Made by a program: the position numbers and the translations under genes. A model generated the notes under the pieces. The model did no database searches. It worked only from the letters and a program-made list of their open reading frames with translations, and had not been told where the DNA came from. Shown here piece after piece: positions 35,960-49,600 of a stretch of 64,000 bases of DNA. The first letter of the stretch is position 1; every line of letters starts with the position of its first letter. Source of the stretch: Diadema antillarum (lineage: Eukaryota); contig NW_027271086.1 of assembly GCF_040938485.1 (NCBI RefSeq), positions 868,001 through 932,000 of the forward strand, in the 5' to 3' direction.

Positions 35960-37966
35960 AAGAAGCAAAAGAAACACATGGTGGTAAACAAATCGACAGT
36001 AATCAGCAGGTATACGAAATTAGTATTTACGAAATGATAATGGGAAAGTTCGTACAAGTACGGTAGTGGAATTTATGCATTTTTATAATCGAAGGAAGTA
36101 ATGGACCACAATTTAGCAGACGCGTGTGAATATAGTTTTTAATGTTTAGTAAGTGCGCTTTGTATTTGGGCTCAATGAAGCTGATTTATGGTGGTTGATG
36201 TGATTTGAGGAGTTGTGAGGTGAGCGTGTCATATACGATAGGATGGTACAACTTAGAATAGAATCAGGTGTTACTTGTTGATACACGTACTCTACAGGAG
36301 TATGAGATTAATCAAACAAGAAAGAGTTGCATTACGATACACTAGTCTTACAAAAATATGATGGGTGATTTGAGCATGACGGGATGAATCTTTTAGTAGT
36401 GATCCTGTATAGTTTTCGTGGTGATAATACCTTTCGGCGATATCGTATACGACCTACAAATGTTGTCATTAAACACAAGTAAAAATGATAGAGAAATAAT
36501 GGAAATTATATCAGTAAACATTTGTTCGTTTGTATGTCGTGTTACAAGGTGTCCTTCAACCTTTACAAAATATCTTTTTTTCGTGATTGATGGCTTAACG
36601 TCTTTTTTTATTTTTCATTTCCATGAAGATACTTTCTTCGTTTGTCTTGGGAGACATTGCATTGAAGAAGTTTATTCGTTGACGTCATGCGTCAAGAGCA
36701 GTTACACACAAAGAAAATATTTCTTTCCTGGATTAAATCTTCTTACCCAACCTTCAAGGACAAACAAAATCGGAATAGCAGTATTTTACGAAACTATGAT
36801 AGTCTCCGTTAATAAAGAATTTCTATCGAAATAAAAGTAAACGAGTAACTGGAGAAGGACCGATCAGCCCTTTCACAGTCACTGTATATTCGATATATGT
36901 ATACATAAAATAAATCTTGTGTGCACGGAAATGTTCTTGCAGACTATGGGAAAGATTTTGACTGCCACGGTTAATTTCCTTTATCTCTTACCAGTCATGA
37001 TTATTTTATAAATAATCCCATCTTCATTTGAAAATCCAGTGCCATCTTGTGAGAACTTTGATGGAATGATTTCATTGTTAAGTACGTTCAGCACAGCACC
37101 CTTTCTTTGTTGATTCATATACTTTAATCTCAATTTTAGATGAAACTTTCCACCCAAAAAAACATAACAAAACAAAACAAAACAAAACAAAACAAAGAAA
37201 CAAACAACGGATAAAAAGGAGAAACAATAGTATAATTATGAAAGAGCATCATACATTCCGTTGCTTTCTTCCAACATCCCTCCGTACTTATCGTTCTGAA
37301 GAGAATGCCAAATTTTTCGTTTTCAAGTCATAAAATCTCAAAAATCCTTGATATCAGGGGAAAATAAGAGAAGTACGGAGAACAACGAAGAGATAGGCAG
37401 CGTCATAACGTTTTATAGAAATGGAAACATTCTGGGGTATTTTAAGTCGATCAGCACCCGATAGGAGCATATGGTCTAACTGTGGCTATAGAGTGTACAA
37501 TGTTTTACCAACCTTGCTAATGTTTCTAGCTGTGTTGTGTCAAAGTGCATTTGAGGGAAGGGAATGTGTCTAACAGCTTCTTTGTCGACCAAATAGTTGC
37601 ACCATACCGGAAACACTCTATGAACAATTTTTTCTTTCATCTGTTGACCATCATCTATGATCAAGTTCCCACAAATATTGTATTATAGGTAAAGTTACTT
37701 TTCACCCATTCGTGATAAAATCGCGAGGTATTAATATATTTCATTGTTATGTTTTTCAAGCAGAATGATTAGGCCCATAACAGGCTATACAAGCTTGTCT
37801 GTTTGTCGTGTTTTTAAACATTATAAACAAAACCAGCCAAATCAGAACAGAAATGTCAACCAAACAAAAGAGACAGATTCAAACACAAATAAATTTGGGG
37901 ATCTTGCTTTATTTCTAAAAACCCAGGCACAAGTAACATGAATGTGTGAGATCATTTTATGCTTAC

Positions 37967-38285
37967 CGAGTATGCTGTACTTCCGGATTCTGTATTGCTG
38001 ATTTCTTTCTGACTCCGAATTTGTTAGGCAAACAAAGGATCACTATCAGTAACTGTTGTCTATTCAGCCAGTAGGAAGGTGCGAATACATACTAGATGGA
38101 ATATGGTCAAACTTTTAAGACCCTAGCAAACTATCGAGTTCGTTTACGGACAAAGATACGCACTATATAGCACTCACAAAATGGCCACGCGATCCAAGAA
38201 GGTTGCACCTATATCAGACAAATGTTTGTATTCCGTCTTTACCTTTTGACTTTGACCCCTTTAATAGAAGCGGGGTTTTCCAGCA
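37967..38285 (-). promoter_or_regulatory. Putative non-coding exon 1 and promoter of TRIM copy 4 (most diverged)
   Basis: Donor GTAAGC at 37966, ACTTCCGG, CAAAATGGCC, ACCTTTTGACTTTGACC and GGGGTTTTCC (38272-38281), collinear with the other copies despite extensive background divergence. Confidence 0.55.
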
Positions 38286-38793
38286 TCTTTCATCCTACGT
38301 CTATCAGAAAATCATAGCGCACAATGTAATTTAGCCTTGTATTGTGCGCTGTTCATAATGATATTGGCGTCAAATGAAAACTATTTTCCCAAAAGAGAAA
38401 GATATAAACAAAAGTCGTCATGTTAAAGGGTCACTTCAATCTGAAGAAAATCTGAGGAAAATAAAGTGACGTAATTCATCCCTTTTGTTGTATAATCATC
38501 AGATTTCTTTTATTCCTGAGACTATGAGAAAGAGCAAAGTTTGTGTGCCGGTGTAGACTCAATTATGCTCTGGAGGAAACTAAACCTTATTACAGGTATT
38601 TTTGTTGATAAGCATATAATCATTTCATTCCACTCACTATTGCATAGTGTGAACGGAACTATTACAATCATAATTGGTTTAAGTCTAGAAGTAGTAGATT
38701 TGTTAAACGATGGTAGATAAATAAACTTGATTTAGACCAATACTCCATAATTTCACCCTCTGAACCTCTCCAAAAACTTTCTTGATACCTTAA

Positions 38794-39744
38794 CCCTATA
38801 AAGCCGAAGGGGACACATGCGCATTATGCCCCCTACCATATTTTCACTTGCTACTCCTCCGCCATTGACCCAATGTCAACCAAATTCGACGACTTTTCCT
38901 CAAATTTTATTGCAAACGTTTTGATATAACAATTTAAGGTATGTCCGATATTGCTGGTTGCCATGGCAACCGTAGACTGTCAACCGTGGCCGTCAGATGT
39001 TACACGTTTTTCGGCTCCAATTCCAGTTAACAATATTATAATGAATGAAATTGGGGTTTTCTTGGCTGTTATTTGCTGAAGAACCAAAATGTGAAGTAAT
39101 TATAATTGTGAATAACCCTGTAAAGTCTTCTAATTATTTGCTTTATTTTCTATGTGACAGGCATCAAACAATAGGATTAATTTGGAAGCATTGAAAATAC
39201 AGCGTTTTCCAAATACTACCCTTATATTTGGGTCATTTCCATACAAGTTTGGCCTGTAGTATCATTTCTTCATCATTTTATCAATCTGCAAACTCAAAAT
39301 TCAAGTATTATGGAGATATGGCATGTTTTACCAATACATGTACTTTTCCCAGAAATTATATCATTGGTCGCATATTTCTTTATCACTTTAATGTAACATG
39401 TGTTGCCCTTGAGAAATTTCAACCATAACAAATAGTGATGGTTGGTTTGCGTTTGGCTTGTGGCAAATACAAAAATGACTGTTATAGAATAAAGTATATA
39501 TACTGGGGATAACGAAAAGGCATGATTTCATCATATTTCCTATACATTTCTTTACAATTGGTAAAAAGCGCCATCAATGGGTGACCTTGACAAATTTCAA
39601 ATGTTGCGCAATGTAGAGTATGAGTTGCTCTATACCCATGTGCCAAACATGACGGTGATACATCATAATATAATAAAGAGGTTAGGGGCACAATGTGCAC
39701 CCCTTGGGCCAGGCAAAGGTCAAAATAGCAAGGGCTTTATAGGG
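38794..39744. mobile_element. 951 bp non-autonomous piggyBac-like element
   Basis: TTAA|ccctataaagcc...ggctttataggg|TTAA (TSDs 38790-38793 and 39745-39748). The homologous empty TTAA site is seen near 14783. No transposase ORF. Confidence 0.85.
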
Positions 39745-40509
39745 TTAATCTCAAGCTCTGATGGTAGTAATAATTTCAGTTCAAGTTTGTCTCGCCTTAG
39801 CACTCGACACCTTTGATAGAAAGTCTGTGTGACGACCAACCCTGGCTTTTCCGTGATCGTTTGTCAATATACCCGGCATCTTATAGTAAGCCTGCTGTCT
39901 CGTTTCCCCAACATAACTTCAAACTGCACAATAAACACTCGGGGCTATTTCAATAGGATCGGTATGCATAAACCTTGGTGAATGCAGCTAGCCAAAGATT
40001 GAGGCTCAATCTTCATAAGCAGATAATGGCTTGAATCGACTTAATCCAGACGGACGCACTTTTTTTATACTCATTCCATCGGAATTATTTTACGGTCAAC
40101 CTTGCGTATAGTTTGTATCCAAAGGAACAGGGAGAAAAAAAAATCATCCGATCATTGCGAGTTACGTAATAGAATCAACACGTCTTTTATTATTCATCTC
40201 GTGTAATGTTCCTTCCCCGTAACATTTTTCCCCCAATTTGTGGAAGGTTGACTTACGCGAGCTTTACCTCACTTCTAAAGGAACCTATGTAGCGGTGCAA
40301 TAAAGCTCGAAAAGGGAGAGAAGTGACGAGATAGCGGAGAGCTGCTCACCCGACAAAGTAAAAGCAATGCAAACGATGAGGTGATTTAGGTATACATACA
40401 CCTGTTAATATCAGGCCAGGCCAACGGGAAAAGACGACAGGTGTTGAAAGCAGTAAAGTCAATATATTCTTCTTGTAGTTACAATATTATCTTCCCGAGG
40501 AAGTGCGAC

Positions 40510-40630
40510 ATGGAGCTGAAATGGTTTTTAAGGATTGGTTTACCCCTTCTTGTCTTCATGCTACCGTCACAGAGTTCTCTTGATATTCCAGGTGAGCGTC
40601 ATTACACACACACACACATATATCTATATA

Positions 40631-40695
<65 letters not shown>

Positions 40696-43600
40696 TACAT
40701 TTATAAAGAGTATCACACATACATAAACATATATTTAAATGTATATATCTATGTATCAATACATTATATAAACGGATGACAGATATTTTCAACGGATTTA
40801 AAATGCTCAAAACTTTTTTACACTCACTCGTTTGCAACCTGCCCTGTAGAGGTTGATAAAGATTCCCTTTTGAATCACTATAACCTCAGCTGCTGTTTCC
40901 GTCAACATTTTTATTGTCAGTATACTTTACTGTTGCATCATGTGGTTTCTCAGAGTCCCATACAGTAATATTAGTTTAATTGGATTTTTAAAGTATAATT
41001 TCCCCTGAATTATTACGGTCTAAGTAGATATCCCGCGTGCTCCATATTTCCCTGTCGCTGATATCATTCTAGTACCTACGACTGAGTAAGCTTGCTTTTA
41101 ATTAGCTCCCACCATATTCCTCCTGCTTTGTAAGATTGTAGCCAAAACTACCTCAAGTAAACAGACCATTATGTTCCTTTGTTTATTGAGACATGTTCCT
41201 TTGTTTATTGGATTTTTAAAGTATAATTTCCCCTGAATTATTACGGTCTAAGCAGATATCCCGCGTGCTCCATATTTCCCTGTCGCTGATATCATTCTAG
41301 TACCTACGACTGAGTAAGCTTGCTTTTAATTAGCTCCCATCATATTCCTCCTGCTTTGTAAGATTGTAGCCAAAACTACCTCAAGTAAACAGACCATTAT
41401 GTTCCTTTGTTTATTGAGACATGCAGTTGTACACTCAGGTGAAGATTTCGCCTAATTTGTATTTTGCGATTTTTGTATTGTATAATTGTATTTTTTTTGT
41501 ATGACATTTTTCTCAGAAAAGGGAAAGTAGATTTAAATTGAGATTGAGGTAATTAGGCAACTGATAAGTAGGACTAACAACAAGAGCACCATGATCGGAT
41601 GATGATGATGAGTTTGTTTATACACTGCTTTGAGAATACTAACGTCTAAAAAGAGTATTGTCTTGAGTCAATGATTTAAAATATGTGATAATTTTACCCT
41701 GGGTAGATATCCCTTCCGCTACTCCAAAAATATGAATTGAAAGTATAATACTGATACTCGTCATTACATGTTATTTTTTTTTCTTGAAATAAGATTTAAA
41801 ACTACAGCAATTAATCTACACAATTATCGTATGTTAAGGGGATCTATCACTAGGCCTATCCCCACTTCGTCCAATAGCCATTTAGTCTCAACGCACATGG
41901 TCTAATCCCATTTTATCTACACCCATTTCGTCTAATGATCAGTTAGTCCAATTGCCACTTTAGCCTCGTTACCAGTTGGTCTACTTTCAGTTGGGCTATG
42001 CCCATTTCGTCTAATACCCACAGTCTTTAAAGATCAAATGGGGAAAATCCCAAGGAGACAAAATTGTGATTAGACCATCCGGTTATTACACACAAGATAA
42101 TTAGCCACAACTGCGCATTAGACCAGGTGAGGATTAGACCAAATGGGCATAAGACGAAATTGATGGTAGACCAAATGAGTTTAGCCGTAGAGGTGTTTGA
42201 CGAACTGGGAAGTAGACCATCTGATAGTAGACCAACTGGCAATAAACCAATGTTTATGTGACTACAATTCTATTTCATCCCCATTGCTTCAATTACCACC
42301 ACCGCTTTCATCTTCATTAGCACATTTTTCTTTCTCATCGTCACCATGTTGTCATCATAATCATAATTCACCATATTTTTGTTAGTATCTATGCACCAGA
42401 ATATAAAATATAATGCATAATCATGTTCAGTAGCATTTCCCCCTTATGCTGAGTAAAATAGGAACATCAGGTAAATAGGTTTCCTGGGCTGTCACGTGTT
42501 CAAGCATTTGCTTATACATGTATATACAGTATAGTGACAGTCCTTCCGCATAATTTCTCAGGTTATTATTTGGAAATTTGGTAATATATAGGTTTTGTTA
42601 ATGGAGTAAATTGAAACTTTATTTCCCTCTTCGAATCGTGCATATTGTAATCCGTATAATGATATTTTATGTGATATTACTGAAAAGAATCTTGATTATG
42701 CATGAAATTATGTTGGAAGAAAAGTAAATCAACGGTGAGTTGGCTCAGTCGGTAGCGCGTCTGCCTCACGATCACGCGGCCCGGGTTCGAACCCGAGTCT
42801 GGACTGAGCAATGTTGTGTGTAAACATACCGTCCCCTCTAGCAAGAGGCAAAACACTCTGTCCCTCGGATAGGACATAAAATGGAGGTCCCGTGTATGAG
42901 AGAGTCACAGCTCATGCACGTAAAAGATCCCGCTTCATTCATTCATCGCAAAGAGCAGGGTGTCTGACCCGGTGAAGTGGTCCCACCCCATCACATCCAA
43001 CTGGACCCCATGGAAGACCAGCTTAGTGTAGCTGAATATGGGCTATCCAGCCATCTTCACGGATGGAAAATGAACAACAGCAACAAACAGACAAAATTTC
43101 ACAGCTCAGATTCTTGTCAGTTGCCAAGGCTAGTTAAGGCTCCACGAAAACCTTGTACCTTTCTTTCTGTTGCTCGAAGAGAAAGTGATGCAGCTATAGC
43201 TCAAGGCTGTATTAATATCAATATGTGTTCAAAAGCACAGTGTTATCTTTGAGTAATTGCCAAATAGTGAAAATATCCACTGTGTCCTTGTCATGCTACA
43301 CCTTTGCGTTAAAGCTTGAAACATTACCTGAGACAAAACTTAATATCTACTCTGCAATGAACACTACCACCGCCTGTATTATACAGAGGGAATATGTTTT
43401 GCTCGTGTGTGCACTCCTCCGATTTTTGTTGTTGTTGTTGTTGTTGTTATTGCCTGCAAGAGATCTGCTCTTGTCAACTTTGAACACAGACAAAAATGCA
43501 TCTCCGCTGCAATCTGGTCTTTGTTGATTTGTTGTCTTTTGTATAGTCTATAAATGGAGATTCCGCGGAATTATCTTGATAGTTGAGGGACGTTTTCTCT

Positions 43601-46600
43601 CGTATGGCTCCAGTATATTCTGAATGACGAGGAGCAAATAAAACTCGATATGATGGCTACACATTCAACAATATGTCTCAATACGCATTACGTAACGACC
43701 AGTTTCCTTTTCAAAACACACACACACACACACATACACACACAATATTTTGACGAAGAATATGGAAACGAGTGTACGACATGAGGATTTATCTATCGAA
43801 CTTTAATTAAAGATGGTGATCGACTGACAACAAAGTCAGACTGGCTTCAAATATACGACATAAATCGGAATATAGATGAGTATTGGTAGCAGAGATCTTT
43901 TTTACAATTAGAGATGAAAAAATCTGATTTTTTAGTATTTCATTATACTATTATATTATTTTTACTATAACAAAATATAACTTTATGCAGAGCCTTTTTC
44001 AAAGCTTTGTTCTTTAGTAATATTACATCCATTTGTACAACATATTTTTCAGTACACTGTACTTTTATTATACAGTATGTCTATCTACATCTGTTGTGAA
44101 CAGGACTTCCTAAGAGAACAGTACTTTAATCGGCGAAGTGACTGTACCGTGTGTAAACGGGAATAAGTAATAAAATAGTAAGTGTTAGTCTTTATCATGT
44201 TGAGTTGAATTGAATACGAGACCTGTGCATTAGACGGTGTGTATAAGCGATGATTGCTTTAGGAGCAGTTAGTATGAACAGTTAACATGCCACCAACGAA
44301 CACGCTGTGCCGTAGTACGCGGCAGAATTTCTCCTGCATCTAATTCTGAACGTAGAAGCTAATGCACCATGGTTAGATTCGACAACTATAGGCAAGAAGA
44401 CATCTACCTAATTTTCATCATCTTGCCTAACTTTTAACTAACATACAACATCACTGAAATAACAAAAACTTGTATCTCAATTGTCGGTGAAAATCACTTT
44501 TTATATTCATTGTCAGATAATCAGTGTGATGTTCTATATATCGCCACAACTCTAGCTGTCTTTCGTCAAAACTGATATCAAAATGATTATGTCATGCAAG
44601 GGAAAGGAGATCATTATTTGCTGTAGTTCTTTGGCTGCCATTTTCCCCTCTCTTTAACATTACTGGGTTGTTTTTTAGACACAAGGATTTGTCGCCCAAG
44701 CAGAGATAAGCTGATCTTTAATCGTGCATTAGACGGCTGATGTTTCGATCTATTTTTTACTTAATAGCATGAATCCATAAACGCTGAAAATAATCACAAT
44801 TATTCACCGTGCTTTCTGTTTGGATATCACTCCATGAACAGTCAAGATTGTCAAAGCCCCACTTTATCTTCTATACAAGACTGTGATACTGTATATATCT
44901 TAATATGTTAGGCACTTAACTTGTAACTTTTTTCTCGGCACTCTTGTTTGTCAGCCCACCATAACGTGAGCGACGTCTTCGCAGGAATCTTAAAGAGCGT
45001 GGAGAAACACTTCATGAACTTGACACATGTCCAGAGCGTCGCGAGAACTGATATCAAGGAGGTGAGCATTATTGTCGCTACGTCACTGATCACCAGCGGC
45101 ATCGTTTCGGCGGTTACATTGTCTTATTCCGAAAGTTCGTTGATCTAAAAATAAGATAAGGTTTGTTATTCAGAAGATTCGTTAATCTTAAAATGAATTA
45201 AGTTTCATAATTCCGCAGATTCGTTGATCCGAAAATGAAATAAGGTTCGTACTTCCGAAGGTTCAATAGCACACACAGTTGTCACATTTTGGGATTAAAG
45301 AACTTTATTCATTTTCTTATCAACGAACCTTTGGAATAACGAACATTGTTAATTCATTTTCAAAACTATTAACCTTCGGGAAAAAAAGGAACCTTCAAAA
45401 TAGCACTTCAAATGTTCGTATTCACGAACCCTTTTTACTATTTCTTTTTTTTTCGGAATAATGAATCTCTAGGTATAGGGAATTTGTGTGTACTTCGAAA
45501 TAACAAACCTTCGGAATAACGAACGTCATCCCACTTCGACAGCAGTACATGAATACTCATTACTCTGCAAAACGTTCAAGCAACTGTCAGGGATATTCCC
45601 GAATGTAGTAATCTATTTGATCTTACTCTGAGTATAAGAATAAAAAGAATCAAAATGTGATGTTTTTGGAAGTATTAACATGAAATGTTGTTCTTCACCG
45701 ATATTAATCAACATAGTTTACAGCAACGTTCAGTTCCAAAGGAGGTCCTGTGTTTACTAATTTCTTGAAATCTTTGATCTTTATTTCATGGCTCAACGTC
45801 GAGGTAAAGTTAATGTTCTGTGTATCAAAACGTTAGTAATGCTCATGCAGTTCTTTACCTCCACGAGTTCAAGAAACATAATAGGGAAAAAATCTGATCC
45901 TGGTTAGGTTTTAATATTTTTATCTGAGGGGATGAGAATATTGCCTAATATTACCGAATTTATATGATTCCGACAACCTGCAACTTCTTTCGATTGCTCT
46001 GAACACCAGAGTGTGTGTGTGGGGGGGGGGGGGGGCGGTGCTAGCTGACTGCTGTTACTCATTTCGATTAGATGCTATGAATTTTTTTTTATAATTTTGT
46101 CATTCTCGTTATCATCACCATGTCATTGCCCAGATGGGATTCAACTTTTCTTGTCCGCCTTCTACTTCTCCAACAATACCCACATCAGGTAAGCCAGGTA
46201 GATGTCTTAAAATACACGAAACATTTATGTCGACGCTGGAATCACGGATCCACGCGACCAATTTTTGCTAGTAATTAGAATGTAATAAGTATAATTGGAG
46301 AAGAAAAAAATAAACAGAAAATGACAAATAAAATTCCGTACCTCAAGAATAAGTTAAGTTGTGTAGTAATTCATTCATTCATTTCGTTTTTGTCAAATTG
46401 TTGTTTAAACATATTATAGCATGGAAATTTAGCTTCGTCATACGATCAATGTTAATAACATTTATACGACGTACTGACATACGAGACGGAATTCATTGCT
46501 ATGATTGCCAAGGGTTCTGCCCCTAGATGCTCCCAGCAAAGAATGGGGGAGCGAAGAGAGCTGTCCATTGACTAAGAGCACTACCCCACCCCAACCCCAC

Positions 46601-49600
46601 CTCTTGACCGGAACCTGTCATTACACGCAAACTAACAGATAGAACCTACACAAATACCAAGCTTACTCATCATTAGTATAATAAGACAAATGCACGAAAT
46701 GTGACACAATTCACAACCGAAGGGCGTCTGCAAAACCGTGCCGTTTCCTGTAATGTTATGTCTAATTATTCAATGGAAATATACGGTTCGACTCTTCCGG
46801 CACAGGACAATTATGTATCTCTATACTTCTATTCATACTCGTATTCACATTCATCATGACACATAATTTATTCATAGTTACAGTTGAATATTGTACTTGT
46901 GGAGTCAATGGCAAGTTACCTGCAAAATTTAAGGATATCCTTTTTATGCTAATTAATGTCTTTGTGTGATTGATATTACACGTCATGGACACTATCATGT
47001 TTAGTGCATCTCTTGAGGCCTGGCGACATCAAAGTGGTAGCTGCAATGGGCGACTCACTTACGGTTAGTATCTCCGGTTCGAATGTTTTCAAACTTGTGC
47101 GTTTTATCTGCACATTGTCATTATATTTTTTGATGCTTTTTCCATTTCTTCATACGTTCAGCTATACTATGACATGACGAATTGCTCAATCTTCTGCTCC
47201 TGTGATGATGAAACATTGATGAATCGAAACTGACAAAAAAGTATTTAATTCTAAAAATCACTCTCTTGCTTCAGGCTGCTTACGCCGCAAAAGCCACTAC
47301 CTTCCAACCAGTATACCTGGAATATCCAGGGGTGTCTGCAAGGTAAGTCGCACTGATTCTCACAGAAAGTAGAGCGCCACTGCGCCACTGCGCTGTTGTA
47401 GTCTACAATGCGTAAATCATGGTACAGACATAGGGAGTAGGTCTTAGCTGCTTGAACGTGGCATAGTCTACTACTCACGTTGTTCTCTTTTATGTTGAGG
47501 CTCCTGGAATGTTTGTCTCTTAATCTGTGTATGTAAATNNNNNNNNNNNNNNNNNNNNNNNNNNNNNNNNNNNNNNNNNNNNNNNNNNNNNNNNNNNNNN
47601 NNNNNNNNNNNNNNNNNNNNNNNNNNNNNNNNNNNNNNNNNNNNNNNNNNNNNNNNNNNNNNNNNNNNNNNNNNNNNNNNNNNNNNNNNNNNNNNNNNNN
47701 NNNNAACAGAAAAATTAGTACTGATTTTGTCATGCTGTGTGCAAACAGTACATTTTCCAATAAATTTGTCAACTGATTTATGAATGAGACCACAAAAATA
47801 TTACGTTCTTTAGTAGGCCTTTATATTTCTCTCGCTATGAATGAAACCTAGCTGTGATTGTACGCGCATCTTGCTCTCAAGCTTCACATTGTAATAATTC
47901 TGCAAATTTTAGTATGATAAGGCATTATCTACCTCTGTTTCTCTCTCAATTCCTCCCTCCCCCTTTTCTTCCCAGCATTGGAGGTGACAGTACACTAGAA
48001 GAAGTCATTACGCTTCCAAGTAAGTGGCATGTGACTATATCATACCTAATATATAACGTATCTAACATTGTCTAAGATGTATTCTGAACATTATTTTATA
48101 ATCTGCGTTGCTTACAATATTGTAAACAATTATATGTAATTACTTACTAGTTTAAACCTTGTATTGGTGTAACATTTCTGTTGGATGGTATTATCATAAG
48201 CCCAAATAAATTTATTTGGATTCAATTAAATAGGAGCTTTTTTCATCTTCACTTGGCTTATATCCTATCAATGCATTCATAAGTTATGGTGACCATAGGA
48301 CAATCAAGACTGACTATCATTATTAATATAGTATAATAAGATGGGGTCAGGCTTCTTTTTGACGAACAAGAGTGTGTAGAGTTTCCTCTTTTGACAAAGC
48401 ATATGATATGGCAACGTAACTTATTTTATAGCAATAATAATTCTTTGATCATGTTATAAATAATCGTAACGTTTTCACATCTCTTCATACAAGCAACACG
48501 CAAAAACATAATAATTGTTTTGTTAAGAGTCGTTCTTAGACTCTTTGGTTGACGCGTGAAAGTCATGTCCAATTCCATTTCAAAATATGCCTATGTAGTC
48601 CTCAAGCCGTATATTCAGTTTAATGCTTAAGAATTGATGAATGCATAAATAGATGGACATCAATTTTTATCAACTTAATTTGTGAGATCGGTCATAAGCA
48701 TGAACACATTGGTTCTGGGTATTTACTTGCTTCGATTTGATATTATTTCTGCATTTTCTTTTTCAAATTAGTATAATAACAAAGTAAAATGTTCTAATGA
48801 GTAAAATACATACTACTTCATCTATAGCAATTAAACGATATCACAGAGACCGGCATCTGCACTGCAATATCGATTTTTTAACTACATGATGTGAAATTAT
48901 GCAAATCATCTGAAATATCCATTTAACCTGAAATATATGCTGCTTCAACCACGCACCATAATATATTGCCTACCTCTTTAAAGAATTTTTATGTGCGATG
49001 ATGACGGTAAAACTTAATCTTCTTCATGATATAATAAATTTTTGAGTAAAATACTCGTGGCGACAAATACAACAGGAGATGGTTCAAGAGGCAGATGTCA
49101 ATGATTGTGTGAAATGTCATAATCCATCAGTTTCAAATGAGGGGAGGAAACACAATTAACTGATCTCTGTATGAGGCATCTGGGTATCTTATCGGCCCTT
49201 TTACGTTGTACAAACTAGTGAAGCCTATACGCGCGGCCATCTTACCACGCACACTCTGTGGGGATTTGTCATTGGGATCTGTTAGGCATTTTCGAACTGA
49301 GGCTGTCACGAAGATCACGTGATGTTGTGAGCTCCGTACACAAAATGTATGGGCGATGTGCTTGAAGATGGCGGCGTTGGGCTTCAAAGCGAATGGCCCA
49401 TGAGATATCCAGATATTTTCTATAAAGATCAATGGGAAGATATCACCAGGTAGCATAAGTTTGCACTTCCCAATGACCTTTCATCCCGCTCCAGATATTT
49501 TTAAAAAGTACAACAGAGACATCTACGGTTTCTCCACTGGTCAGGCCAGGATCTTCACCCAACCCAGCAACAAAAAGTTCAATGTTGCCGTAACTGGATC

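Noticed and set aside
40783-40851. Possible extra in-phase PLB1 exon ([23 protein letters not shown])
   Set aside because: No pyrimidine tract and a weak donor (GTTGAT). The gene model closes in frame without it.
42732-42805. tRNA gene
   Set aside because: A and B boxes are present, but there is no convincing acceptor stem or T-run terminator, and the sequence continues into a SINE core.
49133-49456. 107 aa minus-strand ORF in a PLB1 intron with two inverted YY1-like motifs
   Set aside because: No recognisable domain, start context or element termini. Length is within chance expectation.
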